Assembly (NCBI RefSeq): GCF_001194135.2
Contig: NC_068990.1
Coordinates: 8,470,847 to 8,510,421 of the forward strand
Length of the DNA stretch: 39,575 nt
Direction of reading: 5' to 3'
Origin: Octopus bimaculoides
Lineage: Eukaryota
The position numbers and the translations under genes are program-made. Positions within the stretch are counted from its first letter, which is position 1. Each line of letters starts with the position of its first letter. Below the pieces are notes generated by a model that saw nothing but the letters and a program-made list of their open reading frames with translations, made no database searches and was not told the DNA's origin. Below, piece after piece: positions 1 through 12,959 of the stretch.

Positions 1-195
1 TTACTTGTCTAAGCACCTCCTTTATATATTATATATATGTGTGAGTGTGAGGTATGTGTGTGTCTGTGTGTGTGTGAGTGTGCATACACGCACACACATG
101 TATATACACATATAGGGTCATCTCATAAATAACGCAGAAGTTTAACATTTAGATATATACGAGCATGTCTAGATAAGCAACTATGTGCATGAGAA

Positions 196-260
196 TACAT
201 ACACACATACACACATACATACATACATACATACATACATACATACATACATACATACAT
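196..260. repeat. (TACA)n microsatellite
   Basis: Direct reading; explains the MYVC-repeat ORF at 123..377. Confidence 0.95.
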
Positions 261-845
261 GCATATATACATGCATGCAAACAAAAATAACCTGTTGCTG
301 ATGTTGAAATTCCATTGAATTGTTAGAAACCGGCCCTTTTCTCTATTAGCTAGAAATCTTGACATAAAACTGAACAATGATGCATACAGACATGCATACT
401 TACGGATCGCAAACTAGTGAACCCATTACTAACTTCTAGCAATGTTATAAAGGACAATGTCCTCACAAGCGCGTGCCACTAAATATTCACAAGAATTATT
501 TGCACTCCGCGTATAATCGTATTTTCTCTTCGGTTACCATGTGAATATATCAAAGATGAAAATATTTTAACGATAGAAAAATAAAACAGATCTGCCCGTA
601 AGTAAATGTTTAAAACGAACGTTAAATTACAGTTGAATATAAAAGGTTAAAATTATTTTAGGATGATTTTAATTACTCTATACGCGTTGCCATGCGATTG
701 TTATGCTTGTGATGTCATCTCCACTTGCAAGTATCACTTACTTCTTTAGAAAATATTCGATACTATTTTTTTTTTTAAGAAAAGGGTGGTAGCAACAGTG
801 CAGAAATATCTTAAAATATAGTATATATACCTGAAATTAACTCCC

Positions 846-876
846 CCTCCTCCTCCTCCTCCTCCTCCTCCTCCTC

Positions 877-936
<60 letters not shown>
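846..936. repeat. Compound (CCT)n-(ACT)n trinucleotide microsatellite
   Basis: CCT run switches to ACT run at about 879. Confidence 0.95.
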
Positions 937-2620
937 TATCTACTAATATATCAACGGTGCATCAAAGCTCGAAGTTGAACTGATGATGATAACGATTATG
1001 AAAGAAAGTTATGTTTTTGTTGCCGGCTCTATTGAATCTATATAAATACCTATATTTGGAGGGAGAGTTCAAGTTAATTCAAGAGAAGAGAAACATTGCT
1101 TTTTCATCAGAATAATGCAGCAATATTTCGAAAACATCGCTATAGAAAACCCTTGTGCGAGAACACTGCATACATACTTCAGTTGGCAAGAATCAAACAT
1201 CAGTTTTGAATTATGTCAGTATGTTTGGTTGTCGTTGCCGATCAACTGAATTGGATATCGTTGCAATTGGGTTATCTCTAGTGTAGCTGCAGTTGAATTA
1301 ATTTCTATTCATTGTTTACAATTCATCTTCCATATGAAATATCGTATGATATATGCATGCTAACGATACGGCGTTTGGGAATAAAATGATGACTGTACAA
1401 ACGTTTATAGCAGAATATCTTGCCAAGGCACGTTAATATATAAGAAATATTGAAACTAATATCATCGCCTCTCTTATAGGCTTAGTGCTATAAGAAAAAA
1501 GACGTCAACTTCAGTTTGAAGTAGACATATTTTCTAGTTCTAAGATTTAGCAGTTCGCTTTTATTTTTTTGTTTTCTCACCATCATAGCCAAGGTTATGC
1601 TAGATCAGTGCCTTCATTCCCGCTGAGAAAACTATCTTTTTATCTGCGGCACTCAAGGTGCTTGAACACAATCTATAAATATTAGTAGGTTCTTATAAAA
1701 GGAAAAGAGAAATTATTAAGAAAAATAGCTCATTATGTGTGCTGTGTCCATGATTTTTCCAGTGTATTTGACAATACTTGATCGGATCTATTGTTATTTC
1801 TTTGAATACTCTCCCATGTCATGAATGAGCAAATCCTTTCCAACTGGCTGACCAATTCTTTTTACATAGTGTTTCCTATTACTTTTACAAAGCTTGCCAA
1901 TATGCTGGTAAATTATGTGAATCTTCTGCTTTTGTATTCAACACCAGAATTAGGACAATTCTCCACTAGAGTGTTCCTTGTTGTTTGTTCTTCAATCTTG
2001 CTGTGAATATCAATCATCTGTGCACACGGTATTTGTAACATGACTTTTCTCACATTCATTAGTGGCCAGTGTTATTTACTAACACTATAGCTTCCTTTGT
2101 TATGAATGCGTGATTGAGGTCGTTAATGCCACATGTCACTTACTATTTACACAGTTGATGAATAGTGTTTTATTCAACAAGGACTATGGAGATAATGCAA
2201 CGACGTCGAAATTGTTTTCACTGATAAACATAACAGCACGCTAAACACTTGCGAGCATATAATGATGAAAATATAAACATTTAATCGAAGCTGCTGAGAT
2301 ATACTACAAAATTAAAACCTAAAATACTTGTACATAGGAAGTGCATTGTGGTTAAAAATATGCAAGCAACAATCCAGCAGATTTCAAATAATTTGAATCC
2401 TGCAAAGTATAAAATTTTGCATTCTGTTGATACGAGGCAATGTGTGCATAAACATGATTATAATTTTGTGGAAAAATTTATGCCTCAGTTTACGTTATTG
2501 CTGTGTTTCCTGAAGGTGTTTCATTTATAGCTTCTTCTACATGCTCATATATTTATGTGTGTATGCGTTTATGTATATACACATACATATACACTTATAT
2601 ATATATATATATATATATAT

Positions 2621-3036
2621 NNNNNNNNNNNNNNNNNNNNNNNNNNNNNNNNNNNNNNNNNNNNNNNNNNNNNNNNNNNNNNNNNNNNNNNNNNNNNNNN
2701 NNNNNNNNNNNNNNNNNNNNNNNNNNNNNNNNNNNNNNNNNNNNNNNNNNNNNNNNNNNNNNNNNNNNNNNNNNNNNNNNNNNNNNNNNNNNNNNNNNNN
2801 NNNNNNNNNNNNNNNNNNNNNNNNNNNNNNNNNNNNNNNNNNNNNNNNNNNNNNNNNNNNNNNNNNNNNNNNNNNNNNNNNNNNNNNNNNNNNNNNNNNN
2901 NNNNNNNNNNNNNNNNNNNNNNNNNNNNNNNNNNNNNNNNNNNNNNNNNNNNNNNNNNNNNNNNNNNNNNNNNNNNNNNNNNNNNNNNNNNNNNNNNNNN
3001 NNNNNNNNNNNNNNNNNNNNNNNNNNNNNNNNNNNN

Positions 3037-3037
<1 letters not shown>
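2621..3037. other. Assembly gap flanked by (TA)n and (TG)n
   Basis: N-run. Other gaps are at 15389-16022, 16536-17324, 27309-27624, 28334-28379 and about 36015-36836. Confidence 0.98.
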
Positions 3038-3111
<74 letters not shown>

Positions 3112-3383
3112 TTGTATTTATATATTAAAATTCTCTTAATACTAAATCATATCTCTTTGTTTTAAAGATATAACTGCATGAAATATTCAGAGGTAAAACT
3201 GCTTATTAAAATTACAGTATAGAAAACTATGTAGCTTACGTTACATACATATATCATGGGCCATTAAATGTAAAAGTAAATGAATATATGCATGTTTGCA
3301 AAAGCTGATAAATCTGTGTATAGATATTTATACATGTATCCATGTATCTACGCAAGTATGTATGTATATATATATATGTACAT

Positions 3384-3465
3384 ACATACATACATACATA
3401 CATACATACATACATACATACGTACATACATACATACATACATACATACATACATACATACATAC
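3384..3465 (-). repeat. (TGTA)n tract abutting the RTE 3' end
   Basis: TACA array begins immediately after the short 3' UTR of the minus-strand RTE. Confidence 0.9.
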
Positions 3466-4770
3466 AAGATGGCTGTCACCTCTTTATCGAGTATGGCCAT
3501 TGCATGAGGTTTAACTGTTAGCGGTGCTGTGATCGAATGTGACTTTTTAGCCCAGCTTAAAGATTTACAATGTTTTGTACAGAATTGGCTGCTAAAACCT
3601 TTACTGGCAATAGCCGGCTGTAGCTGTCATTGGGCTTCATGTACCTTTGCATGCCATTTAAGTCCTCCCGCCGAATCACACTCCCTTCCACATGCCTGAC
3701 GGATAGGATTAATATGGTGTGAAGCACCGCTACCAGCGCCCTGGTAGTCAATCATCGGTCTCGCTTTATGACTACGAAGATAATTCTTGAGTCTAGCTTT
3801 ACTGAGGCAGGGTCTTGCACAGTCACTGCATGTCAGCGTCATAGGAAGACCCTAACCGTCTGGAAGTGCAACAGCGATGCCCCTCCTGACATCCCTCCTT
3901 ACTTTCTCATGCGCAACTCGAGATTTCTCAAAAGTAGCTGTCCCCCTCATGCACAATCCTTCTCCACCTGCTACGGTCAATACCCATGCCCTCCCATGTG
4001 TTAGGAAAGATGCTAGCATGTCTCAAGGAAGCCTTCATCAAGTCTTTATATCTCCTTTTTGGTTTATGTGGAGGTCGTTCTCCTTTAGCTAACTCTCCAT
4101 AAAAGAGTTGTTGTGGCATCTTTGAGTCTTTCATCTTGACCAGATGACCACTCCATCTGAGCCTTTGCCTTAACACAAGAGCTTCTATACTTTCACACCG
4201 AGAGATTTCCAAAATCTCAAGATCCTAGATGCGGTCCTCCCACTTAATGCCATAGATCCGTCTGAGACACATCTGATGGAAACGTTACAGTTGTTTAAGG
4301 TGGTATTGATATGTGACCCGGGTCTCGCAGGCATACAGAAGAGAAGAGAGCACACGCGCCTTGTACATCTTATATTTGTCTTCCTGCATATGTCTCGCCC
4401 ACTCCAAAGGCGCCTTTCTAGCCTTCCGAAAGCATCACTGGCTTTCCTTATTCTGTATAGAATTTCATTATCCAAATTGCTATATCTATTAACAGTGCTT
4501 CCCAAGTAGACAAACTGATCAATTTCACCTAGTCGTTTACCATACACATAGATATTTGGTACACTATACTGCTTACCATGGGAAGGCTGGTACTTTCAAG
4601 AATTCTTCCACCCATTGACTGGCTTTGTTTTTCATCCCGCAGGGTGTTCAAAATAAACACCCTCCTAACCAAGCAAGCTTGGTGGGGTTACCGATTTAGT
4701 CACCGACGGCCCGACCATGCAACATGTTGTACTGGGCTACATGTTACCAGTAGCACTCGAAAGTGACCTG
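3466..4770 (-). mobile_element. RTE-clade LINE, defective; RT C-terminal half plus C2H2 zinc-finger tail
   Basis: Minus-strand translation across frameshifts gives [32 protein letters not shown], then [16 protein letters not shown], then LRWSGHLVKM..MPQQLFYGEL..GERPPHKPKRRYKD..W..DRSRWR. These are characteristic RTE ORF motifs. Stop at 3518-3520. The 4600-4770 part is assigned less securely. Confidence 0.9.
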
Positions 4771-6039
4771 ATACAACATATATACATACATATGTATAAA
4801 TACTCTGATCAGAGTTGTCTCTCTTCAGTAGTTTTACCTGTTGGTTACGGCTAAAGAGCAAGAAACGCATTTGGAAATCCGATACGGGGCGGTACTGCGC
4901 AGATATGGTGTTTTTACACATTTCACCATAAGAAAAGATCTTTTCTTCACAGCAACTGACGTGAATTTACTTTAAAAAGCTGAGATATATCACAAACGCA
5001 TTTTATCTAATATACACTTTGCTTATGTCCAAATATTGCTTGCTTGGCTCTCGCTATACATACATACATACATACATACATACATACATCGATATATACA
5101 CATATATGTGTATATACATACATGCATGCATACATAATACATACATGCACACATACAGATTGACGTGTGTGTAAGTAACTTGAGTGCTATTATACATTCT
5201 GATGTCATACATATTGCTTCTTTCTATCGATATTTTCATGCCATCGATCTTTTGTCGCCATTAGAATCCAAGCACTCATAGGTAAGACCGTTTGTATTAC
5301 AAATGCTGTTGTACACAATGGCTTCACTGAAACCATCTTCACATTCTATTAAAACGTGATTTGATTCTCTAGATGCTATATCTCTCTGAATCTTATTGTG
5401 TCCATCAATTACGTATATGAATGTCATTGCATTTAACTTTCCGCTTGTGTTCGCAAAAATGCGTACGCACACTTGTTCCATATTCCCTGGGCATTAGGGC
5501 TTTCAGCGTATAAGAATGGTATCCATGGTATTTTTTATAGATCTAACTATTTGTGAACGTATGTTTGGTTTTGAGCGGAGTTGCTCAAATCACTGGCTTC
5601 TGCATATCATTCAACAGTCTAGTTACTTGTATACATACATAGATACAGGTTGCGTCATCTATTTGAGAACAAAATTTCAATTTCAGGAAAACAAAAATAC
5701 AATTTAGGAAAAATCAATATGTTTTTATATAATTTGCTGCACATAAACCACCATGAACCTCGACAGCTGCCGCGGTGCGGATTTTGAAACAACTAAATGC
5801 TTTAATCAACTGTGATCCATGTTCATGGTAGCACTAATGGTTGCGCGTCGAAAAAAATCTTAGCAGCAATTCTTCCGATTCTTTACATACGGAGCTGAAA
5901 TCCTGTTCAATTATCCTGACATCCTTTTAGGTTCAACGAAATAAATACCAGCTGAAGAACCGATGTCAATGTTATTGACTAACCTCACCACCTAAAATTT
6001 CAGAGTTGGGTCCATAGTAGAAAGGATTAACGAAACGCA

Positions 6040-7455
6040 AAGAAGGTCGATGGACAGACAGAGCAGTGAAACTTCTCGGTTTCTGGTTTGCTCGGATCTC
6101 CAGTGGACAAGAACTGGTATAACGTTATATGCACGGTAGCCATTTTCACTCAGAAATGAGCCGAGAAGAAATCGTCCCTGAAAGCTCAAGCAAATGTGGC
6201 AAATGGGCATATCGCTTCTTTAATAAATTATCACTTGACCGTTGTACCCTGTCACAGTCCATATTTGGTCGGATCGTGGCGTTTACTTTTCTGCTTCCTG
6301 TGGAAATAACTCATCCCACTAGTCAAGCGGGCCATCTATTACCAACGCCCTCTGGATGACTGACTTGGCATGTCATTGTTGCTAATGCGCAGACACGCGC
6401 TGAAGCTACATCACTTACAGATTTTCATGGACTGTGAGCCGGTGTGGTCTCCGTTTTTAAGGCAATCTCCTCTGCGTCATCTCTTTTACCGAGTTGCAAT
6501 CCTGAGTCACGAAAACAATAATATTGAGCGCCTGCCATCTGTAATGTCACTGCCCGGCGTTCACTGCTCTTTACTAGTATCGCAATATACTCGGTGGAAA
6601 TTCTACTGTAGCAAAATCTAGAATTCTAATGGTGGATAAATTCGATGTCGTCCTCAAGGAAGCTCTATGCGTCGATAGGATGAACTAGCTGGTCTATTTC
6701 GGAGGACTTTTGTACTCGTTACTACCCTGGATATCTTCCAGAAATATGTGGCTTGACAATGCTACCGGGGAACAATGCCAGATTCAAATAAACTTTAAAG
6801 GCAGGAAAACGCTGTTCGATGGGACTGTCCCATATGCGCGTAGAGCGACGAAACCGATCTCCATACACTCGTGAAGTGTCCAAGTATTGCTGAGCTGTGG
6901 CATTATGTCGAACAGCTGTTATTTGGTGTGGGATGAGAACGACTATTTAATAAGGCAGAGCAAGAGGCATTCCTCTCTCCAGTGGTTATTGAGAAAGAAG
7001 TTGTGAAAAGGAGAAGGATGAAAGGATTGAGAAAAGACAGCTTCCTCTTTGGTTAATCTCGCATCGCTTATTTTACGTTCCATTTGGAAAGAAAAGTGAA
7101 GGTGAAGAGGACAGTGCATATGCCAATGAATTTGTGAAAAGAAGGGAAACTGTGGCTTAAACGGTTAGAACGAATGACTCTACATGTCTGTGCGTCTGTG
7201 GATTGGAGCGCAGGAGAGAAGCTTCGTTCCTTTGGAGGTCAGGGTAGTTCTGGAGCTGTTGAATTCCTTGATTGGTCCTAGTTGGAGTTTCTCCTGCATC
7301 AAGAAGACTGCGTTATTCGTGTTTAACTTTATCGCATTTAGCTTTCTTTCCCATTTCTTTTTCCACATCCTTTCTGTAAATCCCCACACAAATTGTTGTC
7401 TGTCCTTTTGATGTCTTCTTCATCTATGCCCACTTGGTTAATAAAAGAAATTCTT

Positions 7456-7456
<1 letters not shown>
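6040..7456 (+). mobile_element. L1/Tx1-like LINE, 5'-truncated ORF2 C-terminus and 3' UTR, decayed
   Basis: Across stops and frameshifts: GRWTDRAVKLLGFWF; SLKAQANVANGHIASLINYHLTVVPC..LLFCFLWK; LGMSLLLMRRHALKLHHL; zinc knuckle CPICA*SDETDLHTLVKCPSIAELW near 6825-6900. AATAAA at 7440-7445, then a (TTG)n tail. Confidence 0.85.

Positions 7457-7524
<68 letters not shown>
7457..7524 (+). repeat. (TTG)n tract at the LINE 3' end
   Basis: Direct reading. Confidence 0.95.
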
Positions 7525-7555
7525 AGGACAGAGAGCTGGTAGAGTCGTTAACACG

Positions 7556-7600
<45 letters not shown>

Positions 7601-9737
7601 CATATTTTATCAATATCTTTGTCCCTTTGGCCAGCAACAGTTTTGTGTATACACCGATAGCTATCTATACGCGTATTCATTTATTTCACAACGTATCAAA
7701 GTATCTTGATGTATAAAAGTGTGTCTGGATATTTACAAACACAATTGAATACATTTCCATATTTTCCAGTGCGTGACATGGTTTACAGACAAGAGAACTG
7801 CTATGGATCTACAGGAATATTTTAAGTCAAAAATAATGAGGAATAAAATTTAAATAATTCAAAAATTAGAAGATTAATTTTGGTAATTGTAGAACTATTT
7901 AACATTCATATTTAATATTGATAATTAATAAAAGACCAATAATTTTTGTTTAGAAGTTATCTAATTAAATTACTAAATAACCAATTAAATAAATAAATGA
8001 TTTAAAGATATATACGGCGGTTATGGTTTGTGTGATAGAGATAGAGATAACTGGATTAAATACAGGAAAGTAGTGATCATAAAATCGTATATCTAATATA
8101 CTTCAATGGAGTCAAAACTTGTTTGCCAAATGTTATTTTAATGAATATTAGATTTTACAAAAACAATGATATCTGTAATATTCTTTTGCAAAATTTCTTA
8201 ATAAGATTCTACATTGCAAATCCTTGTGAAGCATTTGATAATACAAAAATTTAGTTAACTTGTAGTTAATATTCCTCCAAAATAGAATGGTGAAAGTAAA
8301 TCCAGCTACACTTAACTGAAATGTTTTGATTTTATGAAGTATTCTGATACGCAGATTTAGTGGTGTTGGACGATTACACGTAAAAATGGGTATTTGAAAG
8401 CCTGTCCAATCTATCATAAATATACCTAGATGTTTGCGAACACTAATTGATACATTAGTGAAACATCATTATAAGAAAAAACGTTATGCTTCAATGTTTG
8501 TTCCTCAAAAGAGATGCTGAACATGTACAAATAATGTTACTAACTACATATCAAGACAAAACATCCGAGTTAGATATTGTAGTTATATATTGAAACTTTT
8601 TGCTGAGTTTTCTATCGGAAAGTATTTACGTATATTTTAATAGTCAAGCAACTTGCAATTTTAATATTGATTTCATCAATAATACTCCCAGCATTTCTCA
8701 AAAGAATCAAGGGTGGTTAGAGTGATTGGATAGATAGTTTATAATTTAACCATTTGAAATGGGGAACGTTTTTTTCAACTAAGTCTGATATATGAAAACC
8801 TACCAGTTTAAGCTCACAATCTACTGTGTTAGCGCAGTTGTTACTTAACCACAATGAAATACTTCTCCCCACTGCATTAAATCGAACACGTTTGATTATG
8901 ATAATATGTGACTTCCAATCGATCATTGGATACAATTCTAATATTATTAGTCTCTGTAAATGTTCGACAAATTCCTAAACATCTAAGAATCAATGGATTT
9001 GTGATGAGAGTCAGGCCACTCCATTCTACTATATTGAATAAATCTGAAATTGTATTTCTCTTCTGTTTAAATAAACCACTTGTCTATTGAAGTTTGTTTA
9101 TTCCTCAAAGGTATACAAATCGCTTGTATGACTGTTAAATTTATGGGACCTAAAAGAAATTTGTTAATTTTTTACCTGATTCATTTTTTTTAGGATCAGT
9201 AACACTACATGTGGAATTAGTTACAAAATGCCTATACGATTTTTCAAGAATATATTAGGTTGATGCTTAGCAACATATTGAATTCATCGTCTATTTCAGA
9301 TGCTGGTGGTAGTGTACGACATTCTGTATTCATAATGTTACATATGTTAGAATGTTTATTTCTTTTTTTAATGAATATTCCTGGTATTTACACATAAAAT
9401 ATAAATTATATTTATATTGTTGCATAGATACAACAAATTCGAATACAAAATCTTTTTAAAATAAAAAACTTCTTTATGAAAAATATTTTACGAAACAGTA
9501 TTATAAAATTTAATCTATAAAACAAGTCCAATATCTAATGAAACAAACTTTAAAAAACAACTCTTCTTTCCCTTCAAATATATTTAAATTGTATATTTTT
9601 TGTTTAGTATTGAACATGCATACGTATATATGTTTGTGCGAGAGAACGGATGAATGTATCTCTATGTCGGTGTATCTGTGTATACATTTAAATATTTTTA
9701 TACGTAACAGATTTACATATATAGTGTGCAAATCTAT

Positions 9738-10085
<348 letters not shown>

Positions 10086-10094
10086 TTGAGTGAT

Positions 10095-10440
10095 ATTTCT
10101 TTGTCCGTTACGTTTTTATGTCCGTTAACTCCCCCTAGACGGTTGATGCAAGGACAACGAAACTCAAAACAGCAACTCCCTTAATCCCATGGAATGTTCT
10201 AATGGGGTCTATTTTTTTTAAGGGTTGCCTAATTGGGGCCCCACTGACGCCGTATTTTTGCTACGTTTTAAACTAGATACATGGCATTGGCGACCGAATC
10301 GGAGCAATGACAAATGATTTCATACCATGAACCCCCAGGGAGTATCGTAAAGAGATTCAATTTCTAAATGCGGTTTAAATGGGGCCCCACTGACCCTCTT
10401 TCCCCTATTTTTACTGCATTTACGTTGCTCCTACGGGTAG
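10095..10440. repeat. Unclassified interspersed-repeat-like segment with duplicated TGGGGCCCCACTGAC
   Basis: 15-bp direct repeat at 10234-10248 and 10380-10394 containing a 10-bp palindrome. Family not determinable; possibly a Helitron/Helentron-type non-autonomous element. Confidence 0.3.
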
Positions 10441-10484
10441 AGGACCACAAAGAAGCCTGATAATGGGGCTGAAGGCCTTAAAAA

Positions 10485-10553
10485 TGCCACCTGCAGTGGC
10501 ATTGAACTCGGAATCATGTGATTGGGATGCAAGTGTCTTATCACACAGCCATT
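10485..10553 (-). mobile_element. tRNA-derived SINE family B, head fragment
   Basis: Reverse complement TGGCTGTGTGATAAG..CCCAATCACATGATTCCGAGTTCAATGCC aligns with the head of the copy at 21225. Confidence 0.7.
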
Positions 10554-11520
10554 TTCTTTCGATGGTACCTTTTTTTTATGTTTCATGTTAGCTTTAAACC
10601 AAAACAAATCTTGGTTTATGAAATATTTAATACTCAAAATAATGTAAATGACTTAAGCTGTGGAAAATCGTTTTGGTCGATCAACATGTTTCAGGGAATT
10701 GCAGCTGGACCAACAATGTTGAATATAAGAATGTTGCTAAATTATGAGATGACTGCCGAAAGATTAATAATCTTATTACTTTATTTGGAACATTTTAGGA
10801 AAAGAAAGGGCACATCAGTTTTCCTTCTAAAAGACATTAAACTGAAATAAGTTGTGGCTACATATTTTTTTAGACGTAGAGCAGTTGATAAACTGGGGTG
10901 GAAATGTGCTTTACAGTTAATATAAGATTAATTGCTCATCGTACTGAATTAATACCTGGCTGACGTCCATTTCTATATTCTTTGATTGTTTACTGATATT
11001 CACCAGTGACCATGCGCCGATTACGATTATTTCGGATGTAGATGAAATCGTCTTCATGGGGAGGTGGTTTTTATAAGTAACAAACAAACATCCTTCGGAT
11101 ATTTGCGACAGGAATTAAGGTAGCATTCTCGGAGACTGCAACGCACGAAATGTGGAACAGTTAAGAGCACCATGGAGAGAAACACAGAAATCAAACACTA
11201 ATCTTATAATTTTGCTTACATAGACTTGAAGTTAACTGTTTGTGAAATATTCATTTAAAATAACGAGTTTCTCAAATGAACTTCCATATATACGTGAACT
11301 TCCATATATAGACACATGGTTTATTACTCTTTAATTCAATTACGTGAGAGATGTCAAAGATGTAAGAGGCAGAATTTGTGGCAAGGATTATAAATTGATT
11401 AAACCAAATAAAAGCAAAATAACAAGAATAATTTTTAACGCTAAGCGCCTCTATGATTTGAAAATAAAACATTTTCAAGTAAAATACAGCAATATCTTAA
11501 CTCTTTAGCTCATAACATAC

Positions 11521-11717
11521 TTTTCTGCTCAAGGACCGAAATTTGGGGGGAGGGGGCCAGTCGATTAGATCGCCCACATTACGCAACTGGTACTTAATTT
11601 ATCGACGCCAAAAGGTAAAGTCGACCTCGGCGGAATTTGAACTCAGAACTTAACGGCAGACGAAATACTGCTAAGCATTTCGCCCGGCGTGCTAACGAGT
11701 CTGCCAGCTCGCTGCCC
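11521..11717 (-). mobile_element. tRNA-derived SINE family A, near full length
   Basis: Reverse complement has A-box-like TGGCAGACTCG and B-box GAGTTCAAATTCC and aligns with 34384-34591. Confidence 0.88.
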
Positions 11718-12329
11718 TCATCTGCTCATCATATTAAATGAAATAATATTAACTTCTGTATAAATTTGGCAGGTTACAAATTATAAAAGCAAGGACTTGC
11801 TCAGCAATAAAAATAAGACCAGACGAAGCTTATTATGTAAGGAAGAATCGTAAACAACTCATTTGGAATGAAAACTTATTGGAGTATTATAACTGCTGGA
11901 TTGAACGTACTTATGATCTTCCAAAAACAAAAACAAAAAAAACTATCACGTATTATGTTTGCTCTCTTATAACTCGTATTACTATTCTTTTCTCAATCTT
12001 ATGCTCCTATTGGACTAGAAATTGCAAAACACTTAGTAAAGATTCAAAAAATATCTATCACCAGCGTCAATATTTTTTTAGAGATCTGCTAAATTGCTTA
12101 TGAAACAAGAAAGAGTTTTCTAGCAACGTCCATGAAAATGCTTTCTCGATTATGCATCAATTTTTAAAGAAATAAGATTTGCCATTGTTGAGGTTCCAGG
12201 AATGGCATTTAAACAAGAGGAAATAGAATGCTGGATAGTTATAATCTCTAGGAAAATGACTCAGTTCCACGAGGTTTGAGAGATGCGTGGCTGAATTTGT
12301 TTTATAGAGAAAACGTTTGTAGAAAAAAT

Positions 12330-12580
12330 TACCGCAATTTTGTGTACTTATATTATCTCCTTGGTGTTGTGGGGAAATATTGCACATAACTCTTGATGGG
12401 CTCATTCTACTCATTGTGATACTTATATCTTCCTCCTGCGTCTTAGTCTCATTTTAGTACTGAACGAGGAACCAATGATGTATTCTCAGTTCTCCCCTAT
12501 CATTTTTCATCACCTACGCTGAGAACGTACTCCCAGAAAAGCTGATTGTCCTGATAAATTAAACCTATTGCCAAATATTT
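12330..12580 (-). pseudogene. Possible ancient Tc1 transposase relic
   Basis: Only YQDNQLFWEYVLSVGDEK (compare FWxxVLxxDExK) and PQHQGDNI (compare VKHGGGxI) are visible; many stops. Confidence 0.25.
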
Positions 12581-12959
12581 CATGTTGATATGTTAACACT
12601 TTTCAACACAAGTTTTCAACACATTTTTGTTTCTACTTTCCAACGACTAAGTATGTAATGTTGAGATTTTGTGGTCAACTAGCCTTGTATCATGCATGCA
12701 TGTCCTCTCACAATGTGTAGTGTGCTGGACGTTAGTTCATACGGAAAAGTAAGGAGAACTATTTTTTCTATAAACGGTCCCTCAATACATGACATTAAGT
12801 CCGCCTTTATATTCATTTGAAAAACCAAGTTAATATTCACACAGAACTGTTATACAACCAAGAATTTTACAAAGAAATGCAGTAAATACGCAAAATTACT
12901 GGAGTGTAATTCATGTGGTCCGAATATATCAATAAATAAACAAATAAATTAGTTAATTA

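Noticed and set aside
2503-3165. Long ORFs in the track, also at 15201-16073, 16371-17468, 27170-27749 and 35884-36899
   Set aside because: They are open only because they cross N-runs and stop-free dinucleotide repeats.
4930-4947. 18-bp palindrome AAGAAAAGATCTTTTCTT
   Set aside because: Low complexity, isolated, and no associated feature.
5945-5985. CTGAAGA followed by hairpin GTCAAT/ATTGAC as a hammerhead
   Set aside because: No GAAA after the helix and no helix I or III.
8148-9090. Several 60-90 aa ORFs in non-repetitive DNA
   Set aside because: No recognisable motif or consistent splice sites; lengths are within chance expectation.
11277-11310. 16-bp tandem duplication TGAACTTCCATATATA, and a 13-bp one at 38127-38152
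   Set aside because: Ordinary slippage duplications; two units with no spacers, so not CRISPR-like.
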